Below, in pieces: positions 39,611-53,866 of a stretch of DNA of 64,000 nucleotides (position 1 is its first letter; each line of letters starts with the position of its first letter). The stretch is from assembly GCA_025786725.1 (NCBI GenBank), contig JAHLTZ010000020.1, positions 372,001-436,000 of the forward strand, read 5' to 3'. A program made the position numbers and the translations under genes. The DNA is from Syncephalis fuscata S228 (Eukaryota; Fungi; Zoopagomycota). The notes under the pieces were generated by a model that did no database searches, had not been told where the DNA came from, and worked only from the letters and a program-made list of their open reading frames with translations.

Positions 39611-41722
39611 AATTAGACATCTCTTACTGTATATTTAGTATTTACACATTATTTTATTGAGTAGTCGTTACGCTTTATGCGAGACTGGGTCCTATTTGTA
39701 GCCAACTCTACTACTAGTAAAACCCAATATATTTTTCTCACACCTCTATCATTATAACTTTAGCAATATTGCTTTTTTTAGTTTTAACAAGCTATTTTTG
39801 TACAAATAAATACTTTTGCCTATGCTTTAACACAAAGCCAATTTTTAATCGTAAAGTAAAGGCCGATATTAATACTAAACCATTATGCAATTTCTATCGA
39901 TACTTCAGCTAGCAAGTTAGAAACCAGCGGAGTTCGGAAAAAGCCTGGTGCCTTGGGTTACCGCCGCTCCCAAGTCTGCGAAAAAGGAAATGGCCACAGT
40001 TAGCGTAATTCTACGATGTAAAGTGCCCCTTAACCCGTTGCCTTATCTATCCGATACTTTCGACCCCGTTTTATAGGCGTATCTGTAACTGTCTCCGTTT
40101 GCTTAGTACTTCAAACATCAAAGGCGTGTTACTGTGAATCGATGGATTACACAACATAGGCACATGCTACATAGCCTTTAAATACACAGGTACCCGGCCA
40201 CAAAATTCTCTGGGTTTGACTATTCCTATCGCTTTACTCCAGTTAGTTGACTAACTATTGTTTCAGTATTAACAGAACCGCCATTTAAATAACCAAATCA
40301 ACTAAATAGCGAGCTATATATTTTTTATTACCGCCGATTCTATCATCCTACTACTACAACTATTGTTGTTCTACGGGCTTCTGATCAAACAAAACTCCGA
40401 ACTGCGCTATCCAATCGCCTAAAAGTCTCTATAAATACTTTTATTATCAGCCTTATTAGGCCGACCAACTCGCTAAAACTCTACCATTCTCTAGTTCTTT
40501 ATTACAATTCTCCTCACCATTTATTTTTTTAAACACTTGCAAAGCGTCCGGAACGCTATCACACTCTTGGTGCTATTCAACAACTGTGTTTTTGAAAGGT
40601 TACAGAGTCATTTATCAAGTGGGAGACTGTGGTAAACCATAACATTGTCTATTTCAATCATTTTCTCGAGTTATTGCGCGTACGTAAAACGTACATTTAT
40701 AATTGAAATCAGTAAGTGCATTCGATAAGACATAACCGGTTGGAGGAAGGAAAGGGAGAAGGATAAGAAGAAGCGAGATAAGTAATTTCGTAAAGATCAT
40801 GGATAATTTGGCTTGGTAGAGTTATATTAAACACGCAGCAATAAATGATGGCTTCTGCCTGTTGTAATTGCACGTTGTTGAGGTATACTACACTCGTGGT
40901 CAGTTGATCACGAAGCGTCGGCTCTGGAATTGGCAATAGTTGTATTTGGGAGATAGATGTATCATGTATTGCTTTCTATATTTATTATTGTTCTCCGTTC
41001 GCCACCTGAATCTCAAACCTCCATTCTAAAACCAGCGTCTAAATTGACGTTCTATAAACTCTTTCGTCACTAGCCGTTGCTTCCTTATGTTTCTAATTGC
41101 ATTCCGCTTTTATGCCGGACCACCGTCTTTTTTGTTTTTTTTTATGGAAGTGGCATGGGCTGTAGTGCCTATTATAAGGCTTCTTCAGCCTACTGGGCTC
41201 CTTTCTCCTCGTGATATACTCGCTCAATTAGGTAATTTACAATTAGTTCGAATTGCCGCATAAAGCGAAGCTTTATTAGTGCACCATCCTTTATTTTTCC
41301 TTCTTAATCCACTGCGTCGTCTTCTTTTACGTGATTGCTTGTCAATCATAGTTTCTCTATCCACCCTTTATTACGTTCGGCTCAAGGTTCCGACGGTGTT
41401 CCTGGCTTATTATCTTAGTCTGCTGCTACGCTATTCTCCTGTCGCTTCTATTCCGCTGCGTCTTGCCTGCCTTTGAGCAAATATTACACGTAAACTATTT
41501 CAACACACCTGTCACACCCAAAAGCCACTTTATTACATGCTTTAATTGCCGGCCTATTTCTATCTCTTTAACGCTAGAAGATCTTTACGATATTCGGTCT
41601 TACAGCCACATATCTGTAGCAAATCGACCATTTAACAGAACTTAGTTTGCTTACCATTAGTATTATTCTTTTCGCTGTTTATTTGCTTTTTATCACAGCA
41701 ACCACACCTATTCGTCTCTATT

Positions 41723-42816
41723 ATGCGTACCTCAGTAACTATCGCTGCCTGTGCACTTCTCCTTGGCGCCCTGGCCGTCGAGTCAGCCACCTATGATCGC
41801 CGAATCATGGTCTGCCTGGTTAATCAGGAGCGTGTCCAACGTGGCCTTAATGCATTGGGTCCTAATGCGTAAGTGTAAAAAGACAAAACAGTTATTGAAC
41901 ACAATTTATTAACTATTAATTGGACAATGCGTATCGCAACCGATTAGTGCTCTTGACAATGCAGCACAGCGCCACAGTGACGATCAAGCCAAAATGAACA
42001 CAATGACCCATACAGGTTCCGATGGCTCCGATCCAAGCAAGCGTGTCTCGGAAGCCGGCTATGACTGGACTAGCATGGCAGAGAACGTTGCTTACGGCTA
42101 TCCTGATGAACAGACTTGTATGACAAAATGGATGCAATCTCCAGGCCATCGTGCAAACATTCTAAAAACAGGATTGACCCATTTCGGCTCAGCTGTTGGC
42201 TACAGCGGCAGCACCCCCTACTATACTCAAGACTTTGGTGGCGATGGTAAAACATATAGCTTTGCCACTTGTCCATCTGCATACACCTACGGTAATCGCC
42301 AGCTCCGGCTCCGGCAGCTCCGGCTCCAGCACCTGAACCTACTCCGGCTCCAGCTCCAGAGACACCAGCGCCTGTGTCGAGCTACTCCCCAAGTCCAGCG
42401 CCTGTTTCGAGCTACTCTCCAAGTCCAGCTCCTAATACCGACCGACCAAGTGACTGGACCTGCATCAAATCAGATAGTGAAGGCTGCTTCCGCTGGAAGA
42501 AGTGCACTACTGAAGGCAACAAATGGTCGTGCACAGAGAAGTGGGACGTCATCCTTATGATACTCCGTCTTCTACTCCAGCTGCACCTGAACCAGCTCCA
42601 GCTCCAGCACCTGAGCCAACGGCTACCGACAGTAATCCGGCGCCATCATCTACATCTCCATGCTCTACTTCAACTTCTGCTCCAGCCTCTAGCACTGATC
42701 AACCAAGTGACTGGAGTTGCATCAAATCAGATAGCGAAGGCTGCTTCCGCTGGAAAAAGTGCACTACTGAAGGCAACAAATGGTCGTGCACAGAAAAATG
42801 GGAACGCCATCCTTAA
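41723..42816 (+). CDS. Secreted CAP/SCP protein 2 with Pro/Ser linkers and two Cys4/Trp4 modules; intron ~41869-41948; frameshifts near 42300-42370 and 42546
   Basis: MRTSVTIAACALLLGALAVESA signal; CLVNQER, MTHTGSDGSDPSKRV, AENVAYG, WMQSPGHRANIL, YYTQDFG; duplicated DxPSDWxCIKSDSEGCFRWKKCTTEGNKWSCTEKW. Confidence 0.9.
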
Positions 42817-44628
42817 ACGTAAATTTTTATGAACAGATGCACGACTAATGATAGCGATATGTATAAGGATGGTAGTCTATTTCTGTTGTCGATGTTTGTT
42901 GCCGTTTCTGTTAACAAAGCTGGCTGTAATGAAAAACAACAGCATCCAACTTCAGTTCTATTTACTTATCAAACGTTTGTCATTTGTGACGTGCAATAAT
43001 TGCTCGTAGCTGAATTTTATACTTTTTTGAGTCCAATTACAAATACACATTATGAAATTCAGTATTATTGTTGGCTTAAACCGATACAGTCTGTGTTTTA
43101 TTTTTTGCGAACTATATCTAATTGCCACCTTTATAGGATATGACTCATTCTTTCTTAAATAAATACAACTATACACAGTATAATTTGCCTAAATTGTATA
43201 TTTTTATTTGTTACTATATAATTGATGAATACTAAACGACTATGATGATGCTTGGTTTTTTAAATTAGTACACAAATCAGGCTAGATTTGTTCTTGAGTA
43301 ATTTCTGGACCGCGAGTAATACACGAATGCTAGAATTTTATAAATATAATAACGAAAAAAATGGTAATTTGGCTAAGATTTTTTTGATAAATCAATATAC
43401 TAAATTAGATAATCAACACATTGTCGATAAGTAGTATATTATGTAATTAGTTTCTGTATTCAAATACAGTGCTAGTATAATATACTAGTAAGGAACAACC
43501 ATCCTTGGTTTAAAGTTTGCATATTATTATACTCAATTTGACTTTAAGCCATAATAAAATTCAATAATTAAATGTAAATAATTGATGTGTATGCCACTAT
43601 TACTGACAGAACTATCTAATATATTTACAAGATACTTTGATTAATCATAGTTGACTTCTATGTACTTTTCATAAGCAGTTGTATTGGCAACTATAAATAA
43701 GTCAGCATGGTTTAAAGATAGAGCAATTGCACAAGCAAATACTGTAATTATTTTAGTCCGCTGCTTTAGGCCCAATATGCTATAAATAAACAAAGATCAG
43801 CGGTAGTGTGTTTAAGTACACCAGCTAAATTGTAGCTAGTTTGCGATATCGATTTAAAAGTTGATGATGGCAACTGTTACAAAACGCTATGGTGGGACAA
43901 ACAAATGCATCGCTTGTTTCAAGGCCAATGGATGTATAATGTGTTTTGATTAGCGCTGAAATTCAGTATACAAGTATGTGCCATATGATTGCTGAGCATG
44001 ACTATTGTAGCTGACGTCAATTGTAAACATAGTGCTACAATGGCACTCTACGCACAATAACAAGTATTTACATGCTGTAGTTAATTTTGGAACGTACAAA
44101 ACGGAGTGCATGGCTGTGCAGGTGTTTTAGAAAACGATATTGTTTAGCACGCGTAAATCCCTGTGCAGCTTTCACATAGGAGCATGTTTGGTCATCAATG
44201 ATGGCCAGAATTATCAACTTTGGTTATACTTGTGCGAACCACGCTGCTAAATTTCTGATGGCCCACACGATAGTGGTTCTTGGCAAACCCGCTTCTGCGC
44301 ATGATAGCCGAGCTGCTTGGTTGTACTACAGAGGTGCATGCCACACTGATAGCCAGTGAGAAACAGTCGAGTGGGCTCTTTAGGCATTGCTTGGCCGTTG
44401 TACTGCTCGTGTATAAAACATCCCATCAATTTCACTTGCTACTTACTCGATATCACTTTACTATCTATTGAACAAATCTTTCCTATTTGCACCTCTAGCT
44501 TTGTAACCGTCTGGTACCTTTACAAATTCGGTGACTGTTTTACCACTCTACTATAGTATATATTGCAAAAAATTGTTTAAATTAGCGTATTCTATTTTCA
44601 AGCAAATTCCATTTTCTACCGTACAACC

Positions 44629-45647
44629 ATGAAGCTTGCCATTTCCATTATTGCCGGCCTTGCAGCCTTGCAGTGTGTTGATGCATTTGATGTTGTAAAG
44701 ATGCTTTGTCTGGTTAATAAGCAACGCCAACAGAATAACAGACTTCCGCTTGGCCTAAATCAGTAAGTCACTTGTTGCACAGCAATACGCCAGACATTTA
44801 TTGACACATTTAATTTCTACCATAGGTTACTTGTCAATGCTGCCAATCAACACAGTAATGCGCAGGCACAAGCAAATAGCATGAGCCATCAGCTTTCCGG
44901 AGAGGGTACCCCTGGTGATCGTGTCACACAGGCAGGCTATCAATGGACCAGTGTGGCAGAAAATGTTGCCTATGGCTGGCAGACGAGGAAACTTGTGTTC
45001 AACAATGGATGAACTCGCCAGGCCATCGGGCCAACATTCTTGGTGACTACACTCAATTTGGTGCCGGAGTTGCATATAGCAGCAGCAACGTGCCTTACTA
45101 TACCCAAGATTTTGGTGCTAATGGCGAAGGAAATAATTATCCAGAATGTCCAAGTGATGTTTATGGCGGTAACTCATCTTATACGCCTGCGCCTGCAACA
45201 ACTACTGCTTATGAGCCTGCACCAGCTCCTGCGCCTACGGCGACCGACACTTATGAGCCTGCACCAGCCCCCGCTCCTACAGCGACCGACACTTATGAGC
45301 CTGCACCAGCTCCTGCGCCTGTAACAACCGTGAATGGCGATGCTAATGTGTCTGTTCAAACTGGTTCCAACAATGCAAAATATCATACTAGACACAGAAA
45401 TAATAAGAATAATAAGAACAACAGCAACACTAATAGCTATAACAATAATAATGCTGACGCTAACACTGGTGCTAATACCAACAGCAATACCGACAGTAAT
45501 ACTACCGGTACCAGCAATGGCAATAGCTACGGCAGTGGTAATAATGACAGCAACAGTGGTACCACTACCACTACCACCAAGTATTTTAGCAGCGGCGACG
45601 GCAATAATGGTAGCACTGTGACCTACCATGTTTCAACTCATTATTAG
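44629..45647 (+). CDS. Secreted CAP/SCP protein 3 with YEPAPAPAPTATDT repeats and an Asn/Ser/Thr-rich tail; intron ~44763-44826; 1-bp frameshift ~44980
   Basis: MKLAISIIAGLAALQCVDA signal; CLVNKQR, MSHQLSGEGTPGDRV, AENVAYGW, WMNSPGHRANILG, YYTQDFG. Confidence 0.9.
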
Positions 45648-48452
45648 ATATGCTAGCCTGAATTGCGATGCTTTTTATCTCTTGTTAGCTATGTTTTACT
45701 GCTGGCTGGTAAAACATAGCCGTAGCAAATACATGTGAAATAAATATCAATAAACAATAATCACTTTAAACATTAGTATTGTATAAAATGCTATTAGCTT
45801 GTTTTATCCTTAATTACCTAACATATTAAGGCATCGAACAGCTGCTGTGTTGAGTTTGAACAACTAATCTTACTAATGTTTTACAAAATTGTGAATCCAG
45901 ATTGCTTTCTATGTTACTTTAGCTTTGTCAAGTTTTTGTTTAATACTACTTGTATAATGTAATATGCTCGGCCTTTCTTATACTAACTATCGGCATATAA
46001 ATTGCTTTTAGTATCAGCCAACTAGCAATGTTTCATTCATAAACCGGCTGTTGAGCTATCGGTCGCTAATAATCAGTATAAAGTCACATTTATTGAATGA
46101 TAAAAAATAGCAATAAGTTTTTCAGCCTCTATTAAACCATATTTTATTAATACTTTTTACCTGTGCATTATCTTTGCTATCAAAGTAGTTATAGTTATAT
46201 TGACAATGGCAAAAACCTAGTATGAAAGCACAAATGTTTGTAGGTTGTTAAATTAGCACTGATTATCTAAATGTATAGCAGCTGATATAAATTGAAAACA
46301 ATAAAAAATTCACGATAGATAAGGCGACAAATTTAGCTGGTATGTAACGCCATCGATTGGAATCGGTCATGTTAATTGGCGGTACAGCGCAATAATGTGT
46401 GAATAATTTGGCTTAGCTTATAGCGTTTGTCGCAGTCATGATCACCGATAAACGTAAACACCAATAATATTAGCACTGCCTTACTTAGCAGGCCCCGTAC
46501 CAAACGATAGTAACAGCACGCAACAGTATCTTAAGATGGCTATCGTTGTACAACTCAACAGTTTATAGCTTAATTAGTATAACGGATGATAATGTTCAAA
46601 TTCGTAAAATATTACAATATTGAGCATGTATGTATGTAGAAATAAAAAATATTTAGCTATTTCTATTTTATGATAAAGTTAATACGTTGTATAGCTATCC
46701 TCTTTATAAATAGAAATATTGCCAAGCATATAGATAAAAAGTATTATGTGTGTAAAATATAGAAAGAAAATAGATAATTCGTATTACCAAATATAGTAAT
46801 GGTTATTAACCAATCAACAATCAGCAATTGTACACATAACTAAACCAATACCAGTTTATTTGCAACTTGCCAGAGCTAAAGAGAAAGACGAAATAAAGAG
46901 AAGATAAAAGAGAGCCACATGGTATGTTTGGAACACTTTTGTGCGTAGCAATGGTTACCGCCCAAATGAGTTGCTGAGTAATACTACATTTAGAATCTAG
47001 TTATGGCAATGATTAAGCCTAGATATGAGCAGCTAAGGAGACTTTTTCCAAAAACATTCAAAACGAATAACTGGTTTCGCGAAAAAGTCCCATCGTTTAG
47101 TTTGATTCAAAAATGGCTGGGCATAAAACAAATCCGGAATGATTGAATGGAATTACGAGCTGATAAGCAGATATACACAAATTGCTCATTTTTACGGCAT
47201 ATATAATCGGACTTGTCAATATTAAATTAGTAGATTTTCCGATGACTCGATGCAGACAATAGCAGTGACAATGACAACGGAAGCCGCAGTAATGACACCA
47301 TTCATTGTAAAATTGACAATACTAACAAACAACAATGCACATTGTAGTCCAAGCGCATATGATATCACATGCAGTCTTACAAAACAATGATACCTAAAAC
47401 TAGGAAGATGCACGTTTTTTCTTTGGAATCACGTACTTGTAGCCACATGCCTGTCGATAGGCCTTTATTGTGCTGCAACTGAGGTGAGAACAAGAGCTTT
47501 CGGCTTGTTGCCATATTCAGTCCAGCGTGGTAACAGAAAGAAAGATGTACTCTGCATAGAACAACATTGACAATTTGGCGGAGCGCAATTAGTATTAAAT
47601 TGCCAAATACGTCAGAGCGGAACGGGTCTTGATCAGTGATTGGCACTTATCTTCCAAAAAGGCAGTCTATTCAAGTGAACACACGGAGCTCAGTGTATTC
47701 CCATAGGCCCACATGGAGACTACGCCGACTCGCCCATTTGGCAGATTGGTCGCCTAACTTCGGTAGTAAATGGCTGCAGAATCAAAAACACTCGCCAAAT
47801 CCAGAATGGGCATCCTTCCATCGGCAGCGAATATTTTGCCAATCATTTACTTCTCTACCCAATTCAAACTTTTTGGACCTGAAACAAACTCCTGCCATGC
47901 ATAGAGGAATACAGAACCCTTAGCAATAGCCCAATGTAGCACACAGACACGGAGCGGAGAGAAAATAACAGGCCAAAAAAACAATTGTGTCTACGAGTCG
48001 GGGGCTGTATTAGGCCAGATTTGGCGACTTACTTGGATGTGCTACGTTGGAGAGGCAAGGTTTAAATTGGCCATCGCCAACAATTAACATCGTTAACGCT
48101 TTGTTTGGTTTCGTTATTAAATACGTTTAGTCGACTCACCTCCTCTCTTATTTCTACTACTATTACCGCCGCCGCCGCTGTTGCTTTTACTACTACTACT
48201 ACTTATTACCTACTAACTAACAGTGTTAGTACACTTACGTACTATTTCCTATTATTTCTTGTTCCTCTCGGCTGTTCGTCGTCTAATAAACCAACAAACA
48301 AGTATTTGTTGGCGACCATAGTTATCTATTCGCTACTTCTATTCTTCTACAGTGTATTATATCTGCTTGGCGGATATCTATACATCTAGCACCTTATTAT
48401 CTTTACTTTCGATTGTTTTTTTACAGCGTTCGAAACGCTTTTCTTGAATATC

Positions 48453-50126
48453 ATGCACTCATACGCTGCTATTTTTGCCGTGTTGGCGATGGGCATTGCT
48501 GCCGATGCATTCAGCTCCTCCAAAATGCTTTGCTTGGTTAACCAGCGTCGTGCTCAGTATGGCAAAGCTCCACTTGGTTTGCACCCGTAAGTACCCAATT
48601 GGTTACAAAATACAAATCACAATGTCGTTACTGTTGAAGTACTTATTATTAACACGTTTGTGACCTTATTTTAGAAACCTTGATGCTGCTGCCACCTATC
48701 ACAGTCAGCAACAGGCCAATCAAAAAAGTATGGCACATCAGCTTACTGGCGAAGCCGATCCATCCACTCGTCTAACCAAATTTGGTTACTCGTGGAATAA
48801 GATGGGTGAAAACGTAGCCTACGGCTGGCCAGACGAGGAAACCTGTGTTGAGCAATGGATGAACTCACCAGGCCATCGTGCCAACATTCTTGGTGACTTC
48901 ACTCACTTTGGTGCAGGTGTTGCTTATGGCGGTAGCACTCCATACTACACTCAAGACTTTGGTTCCAACGGACAAGGTGGCAGTTATCCAGAATGCCCAA
49001 CAGGCTATAATGCTGGTACGCCATCGACTCCGGCTCCGGCTCCAGCCTATACTCCAACACCGGCTCCAGCTTATACTCCATCAACACCAGCTCCAGCTTA
49101 TACCCCATCACCAGCTGCTGATGAAGAAGACTATGAGGATGACTGCGAGTGCTACGAGGACTACCCAGACTGGTATGTCCCAGGAGCGCCTGAGCCAGCT
49201 ACACCAGCTCCATCTGCTGGCCAAGATAACTCATCTGATAACACGTACACTCCCAGCTCCAGCTCCAGCTTATACTCCATCTCCCCAGCTCCAGCTGGTG
49301 AAGATGATTCATCTAATAATAAGTATACTCCAGCTCCAGTCCATCTACCTCAACCGGTGGTACCAACCCAACGTCTACTTCTACCGCCTCTACTCCAGCT
49401 GCTACCTACTCTCCAGCTCCAGCCCCATCTAGCTCAACCGGCGGTACCAACCCAACGTCTACTTCTACCGCTTCTACTCCAGCTGCCACCTACTCTCCAG
49501 CTCCAGCTCCAGCTAGCTCAACCGGCGGTACCAATCCAACATCTACTTCTACCGCTTCTGCCCCAGCTGCTACGTACACTACCACTCCAGCTCCAAGTGG
49601 TGGCAACAGCCCAGCCAGTGGTGACAAATACACTACCACTCCAGCTCCAGCTTCTCCAGTCCAGCTCCAAGCGGTGGCAACAGCCCAGCCAGCGATGACA
49701 AATACACTACCACCCAGCTCCACTTCTCCAGTCCCAGCTCCAAGCGGTGGCAACAGCCCAGCCAGCGACGACAAATACACTACCACTCCAGCCCCAGCTT
49801 CTCCAGTCCCAGCTCCAAGCGGTGGCAACAGCCCAGCCAGCGGCGACAAATACACTACCACTCCAGCTCCAGCTTCTCCAGTCCCAGCTCCAAGCGGTGG
49901 CAACAGCCCAGCCAGCGACGACAAATACACTACCACTCCAGCCCCAGCTTCTCCAGTTCCAGCTCCAAGCGGTGGCAACAGCCCAGCCAGCGGCGACAAA
50001 TACACTACCACTCCAGCTCCAGCTTCTCCAGTCCCAGCTCCAAGTGGTGGCAACAGCCCAGCCAGCGGCGACAAATACACTACCACTCCAGCTCCAAGTG
50101 GTGGCAACAGCCCAGCTTCCTCTTAA
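48453..50126 (+). CDS. Secreted CAP/SCP protein 4 with long Pro/Ser/Thr-rich tandem-repeat tail; intron ~48587-48674; frameshifts in the tail
   Basis: MHSYAAIFAVLAMGIAADA signal; CLVNQRR, MAHQLTGE, GENVAYGWPDE, WMNSPGHRANILG, YYTQDFG. Confidence 0.9.
49578..50120 (+). repeat. Coding minisatellite, 75-bp unit (SGGNSPASGDKYTTTPAPASPVPAP), about 7 copies
   Basis: Repeated GCTCCAAGCGGTGGCAACAGCCCAGCCAGCG(G/A)CGACAAATACACTACCACTCCAGC. Confidence 0.92.
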
Positions 50127-50627
50127 AAAGCTTACTAGACATGCCTGTGCTATACCACTAAGCAGCGTTTAATGTTATTTGCTACCAAGCCTACCTGTAT
50201 AGAAATTGCTGAGCAGTTTCAACTAATTTTCTTTGTTAGTATATTTTAGTGACATCCAAATGTCTACTGCCCATCTACAACTTCAACCCGTTCACATTGT
50301 TTTGACTGCTTATTATCAATCTCATTTAATGTGTATGGCATGAATTTGCAGTGTGCTTTTGCATTGCACGATGTTGCCAACATATACTTTACTAAAGTCA
50401 GCGTTTATAACGCATCCTAATAATACATCTTGTTTTATTAAAAACTGTCCAATTTTGAAAGCAAAATACCTACATATGCTGCAATAGCACCAGTGATTTA
50501 CTTAATTAACTGTCTTATTTGTGTCAAAGCTAGCACATTAGTAAATATGCGCTGTGTGCCATTTAGTATTATTAAGCAATTTTTGTTAACACATGAGTGC
50601 CAAATGGCTGCAATTGAACCAGAAATT

Positions 50628-50840
50628 CTTTCTATTGAACATGATGATGGATGGTAAGTAGCATTAAGGTTTAAACTACTCACTCATAGATTTATTACCC
50701 AGTATGCATATATCCTCATTCCATTTCACACGACCATATATCATCTTATGTTATACTAGCTACATTATGTTCATTACTACTTCAAAAGCTTTACTCATCC
50801 CGCTCATTGCGCTATATGTACTATAACTTCAATGCTGTTA
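50628..50840 (+). mobile_element. Partial copy of the MITE-like family
   Basis: TCTATTGAACATGATGATGGATGGT..ATAGATTTATTACCCAGTATGCATATATCC..CTCATTGCGCTATATGTACTATAACTT matches 33470-33695. Confidence 0.65.
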
Positions 50841-51315
50841 TTCATAGCTGTTCTTTTTTTAATTCCAGCTTATTATGTATAAATTCTTATTTATTTTGCC
50901 CATTAAGCCATACGCATTGATAGAACAAATGTTATGTGTATGTATAAACTTATTACTTATTGGAAGCATGTATTATGTCAGTTGTCTATAGATAGTCATC
51001 GCTGTGTTGTTTAACGCTAATTGCTATGAGTTCGATAATAATAAGCTAAATAATGAATATCTATGACAACAACATGTTGAAGAAAAAATATCAGTATAAA
51101 AATGAAAAAGGCTGGTAATGAAGACGATATTAGTGGGAATAGCGCAGTACTGTAGTGATGCTATGAATAGATAGATAGACGATATATGCATACTGAATAA
51201 TAATCGTAATAAAGCTATGATAACTACAAGTTGTGATGTATATGCATTCTTTTTAGTCATTGTAACAAAGCCATATTCAGCACTTCTGTTTATCATCTAT
51301 CACTATATTTGCGCA

Positions 51316-53175
51316 ATGTCTTTACTTCAAAAAGCTATTAACTGGTCCGTGGCTGGCCTGGTCGGCTATGCAGTGAGTGTACTTGGCGGCTTGCAAGGCC
51401 GTCGCCATTTCGTTATTTTAGCAAATAACATGCCTTCTTGCTTTCTAGGCATTAATTGCGCTGTTATGTTTACCAGGCCCGCAACGCGGCCTTGTTTATC
51501 TAAATTGGATAGTTTGGCCTTTAGGGGCCGACTTCAGTCGACCAGAGCAATTTGGATATGTAGGTAAGTACTAGGTGTGAATACGCGGCTACTGGTCATT
51601 GCGCAGGAATTGCTACTAACATTGTTGTTGGAAAATAGCGGGCACTGCTCGTCAGGTCCAGCTAGTAACTAAGACCAATATTCGCTTAGGTGCGTTGATA
51701 GAAGCAGCAGCAGCAATAGCAAATATAATCTAACCACACTTTTCGTATCGCTTAGGTGCATGGCATGTACTGCCAAATGAACTACACGAACAAGCAATCA
51801 GCGCAATGGAAAATAACGACACACGCTTTGAAGCTATCTATAATACTGCTCTTACTACACACGAGACTGTGCTCTATCTACATGGTAATGCAGCTACACG
51901 CGGCTTCTCTCGACGTGTAGACGTATGCAAGGCAAGTAGTAAAGACGGTGCTTACGCTGAATTTGAATAACATTTTTACTGTTCTGTAATGTAATAGATG
52001 ACTGCCAAGTATATGAACGCAAATGTATTTGTCGTTGATTATCGCGGATTTGCCGATTCAGGTAATTAAAGCTGCAAATAATCGTATGCTAATATTAACA
52101 GCTACCATACGCTTTTCAATCCATTAGAAGGAACACCAAGTGAATCGGGACTAGTGGAAGATGCATGGGCATCTTGGCAATGGCTAATTGAACATGGTGC
52201 ATCACCAGACAGCACTACAATCCTTGGTAGGTACTATTTCTGTCATAGACATGGGTGATTATAATACAATATCTATCTTTCTTATGATAACAATTATAGG
52301 ACATTCGCTTGGTACTGGTAAGCTATTAAACATTAATATTACAGCCGTCAATATAATTAAGTATTTGTAACTAAATTGTTTTAATATATTATGCTTAGGC
52401 GTAGCATCACAACTGACCGCCAATCTAGCAGCTCAAGGTAATTTACAATAAATAGCTGTTTACCATATACTATTTATACAGCGATATACCTATTTCTAGG
52501 CATATCGCCCAAGGCACTAATCTTAAAAGCACCTTTTTCTTCTATTCCTGAAGTAGTGTTTGAATTCCGGCTATTGCATTTCATTCCACTTTTCTGGCCT
52601 CTTTCTCTACTTTCAAATGGTTACGGTAAATAGCTACTACTTTGATTACAGAATAACACGACTTAACACTATCAAATGACCAGTACTAGTATGGCATATG
52701 TTATACACGCATTTTGATTCATTTGAAGCAATTAAGGTGAGTAGTTACACTGCAAATACGCCATTAATTTAGTGACTGGCCTATCACCTGCCTATAGCAT
52801 GTATCTTGTCCGATACTATTCCTACATGGCAATCGCGACCTACAAATCCCTGCTGCTCATGCACGCCGGCTTTTCTGGTCTGCCGTGGTGCATAGATCGC
52901 GAAAACAAGACGGTAGCAATCTCGCATTACCGGACGAGACGCCAATACCAACCGATGCAGCAGCCAATGCACTTATTCAAGATAGTCAACCACGCGACGT
53001 AGAGTCGATGGCTAAACATATCGCCGTGTCAAAAGAAGTGTGGCCCAATGAAGGCTACCAACTAAAGTCTGAACAATTACATGTAACTTATGTCGAGTTA
53101 AAAGAAGCGCACCATGACAACTTGCAAGATTTTGAACGCATGTGGCAAAGTGTAGGCCAAATTGTCTATCGTTAA
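51316..53175 (+). CDS. Alpha/beta-hydrolase, ABHD12-like lipase, multi-exon
   Basis: RLGAWHVLP, LYLHGNAATRG, DYRGFADS|EGTPSESGLVEDA, nucleophile GHSLGTG, APFSSI, LFLHGNRDLQIP, late HDNL. GC-AG intron starting ~51932. Confidence 0.88.
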
Positions 53176-53866
53176 TAATAACACTTAAACATTTATAACA
53201 CGCTATGTAATGATTCACTTCAATAATAGTCTATTGCTAGTAAATAGCCGTTCCATCTGCTGTAAGCTTGGTGCGCATTTGAACGACGCGCAATAGTGCA
53301 AATATGTTATTAAGCAGGAAATAAACGATAATAATGACCGAAATGAACTGTGACTGTGCTAACTATAGTGCTAGCACATAATTATTCCTTGGCAACACAT
53401 ACACACATATATATCGATAGAATTGAGCGGCGAACAAATACTCGTATCTAACTACCATCATCAGTGGCAATAACAGCAGCAATCTACAGCAAGAACAAAC
53501 ATTTGACAACAAAAGACAAGGAGCAGAAATAAAGAATTAAACATAGATAATATCAGTTTAAAACACATGCAACAAAGCGGCTGCACAACGCACGGCCTAT
53601 TACTATGCCACGCAAGTATCATGTGAAGTGCAATGGAAGAAAACAGTACAACAGAGTACAGCATATATATAATTCATTTACGTCTACATCCAACTGTGTA
53701 GACACTCGGTGCTTGAATTAATAAAGCGTTAACAATACGCCATACGCGTTTAACTGAAACTGGCAAAAGCACCGCAATAGGCCATAATCAATAACATGCG
53801 AACATAGAGAAAGAACAACGACGCGCGGCACGCCATGCAAGTGCATTCCTGGAATGTGTGGTTTGA

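Noticed and set aside
49490-50172. Antisense and alternate-frame ORFs over the CAP 4 repeats; superficially array-like repeats
   Set aside because: By-products of a coding minisatellite. There are no unique spacers, so this is not a CRISPR array.
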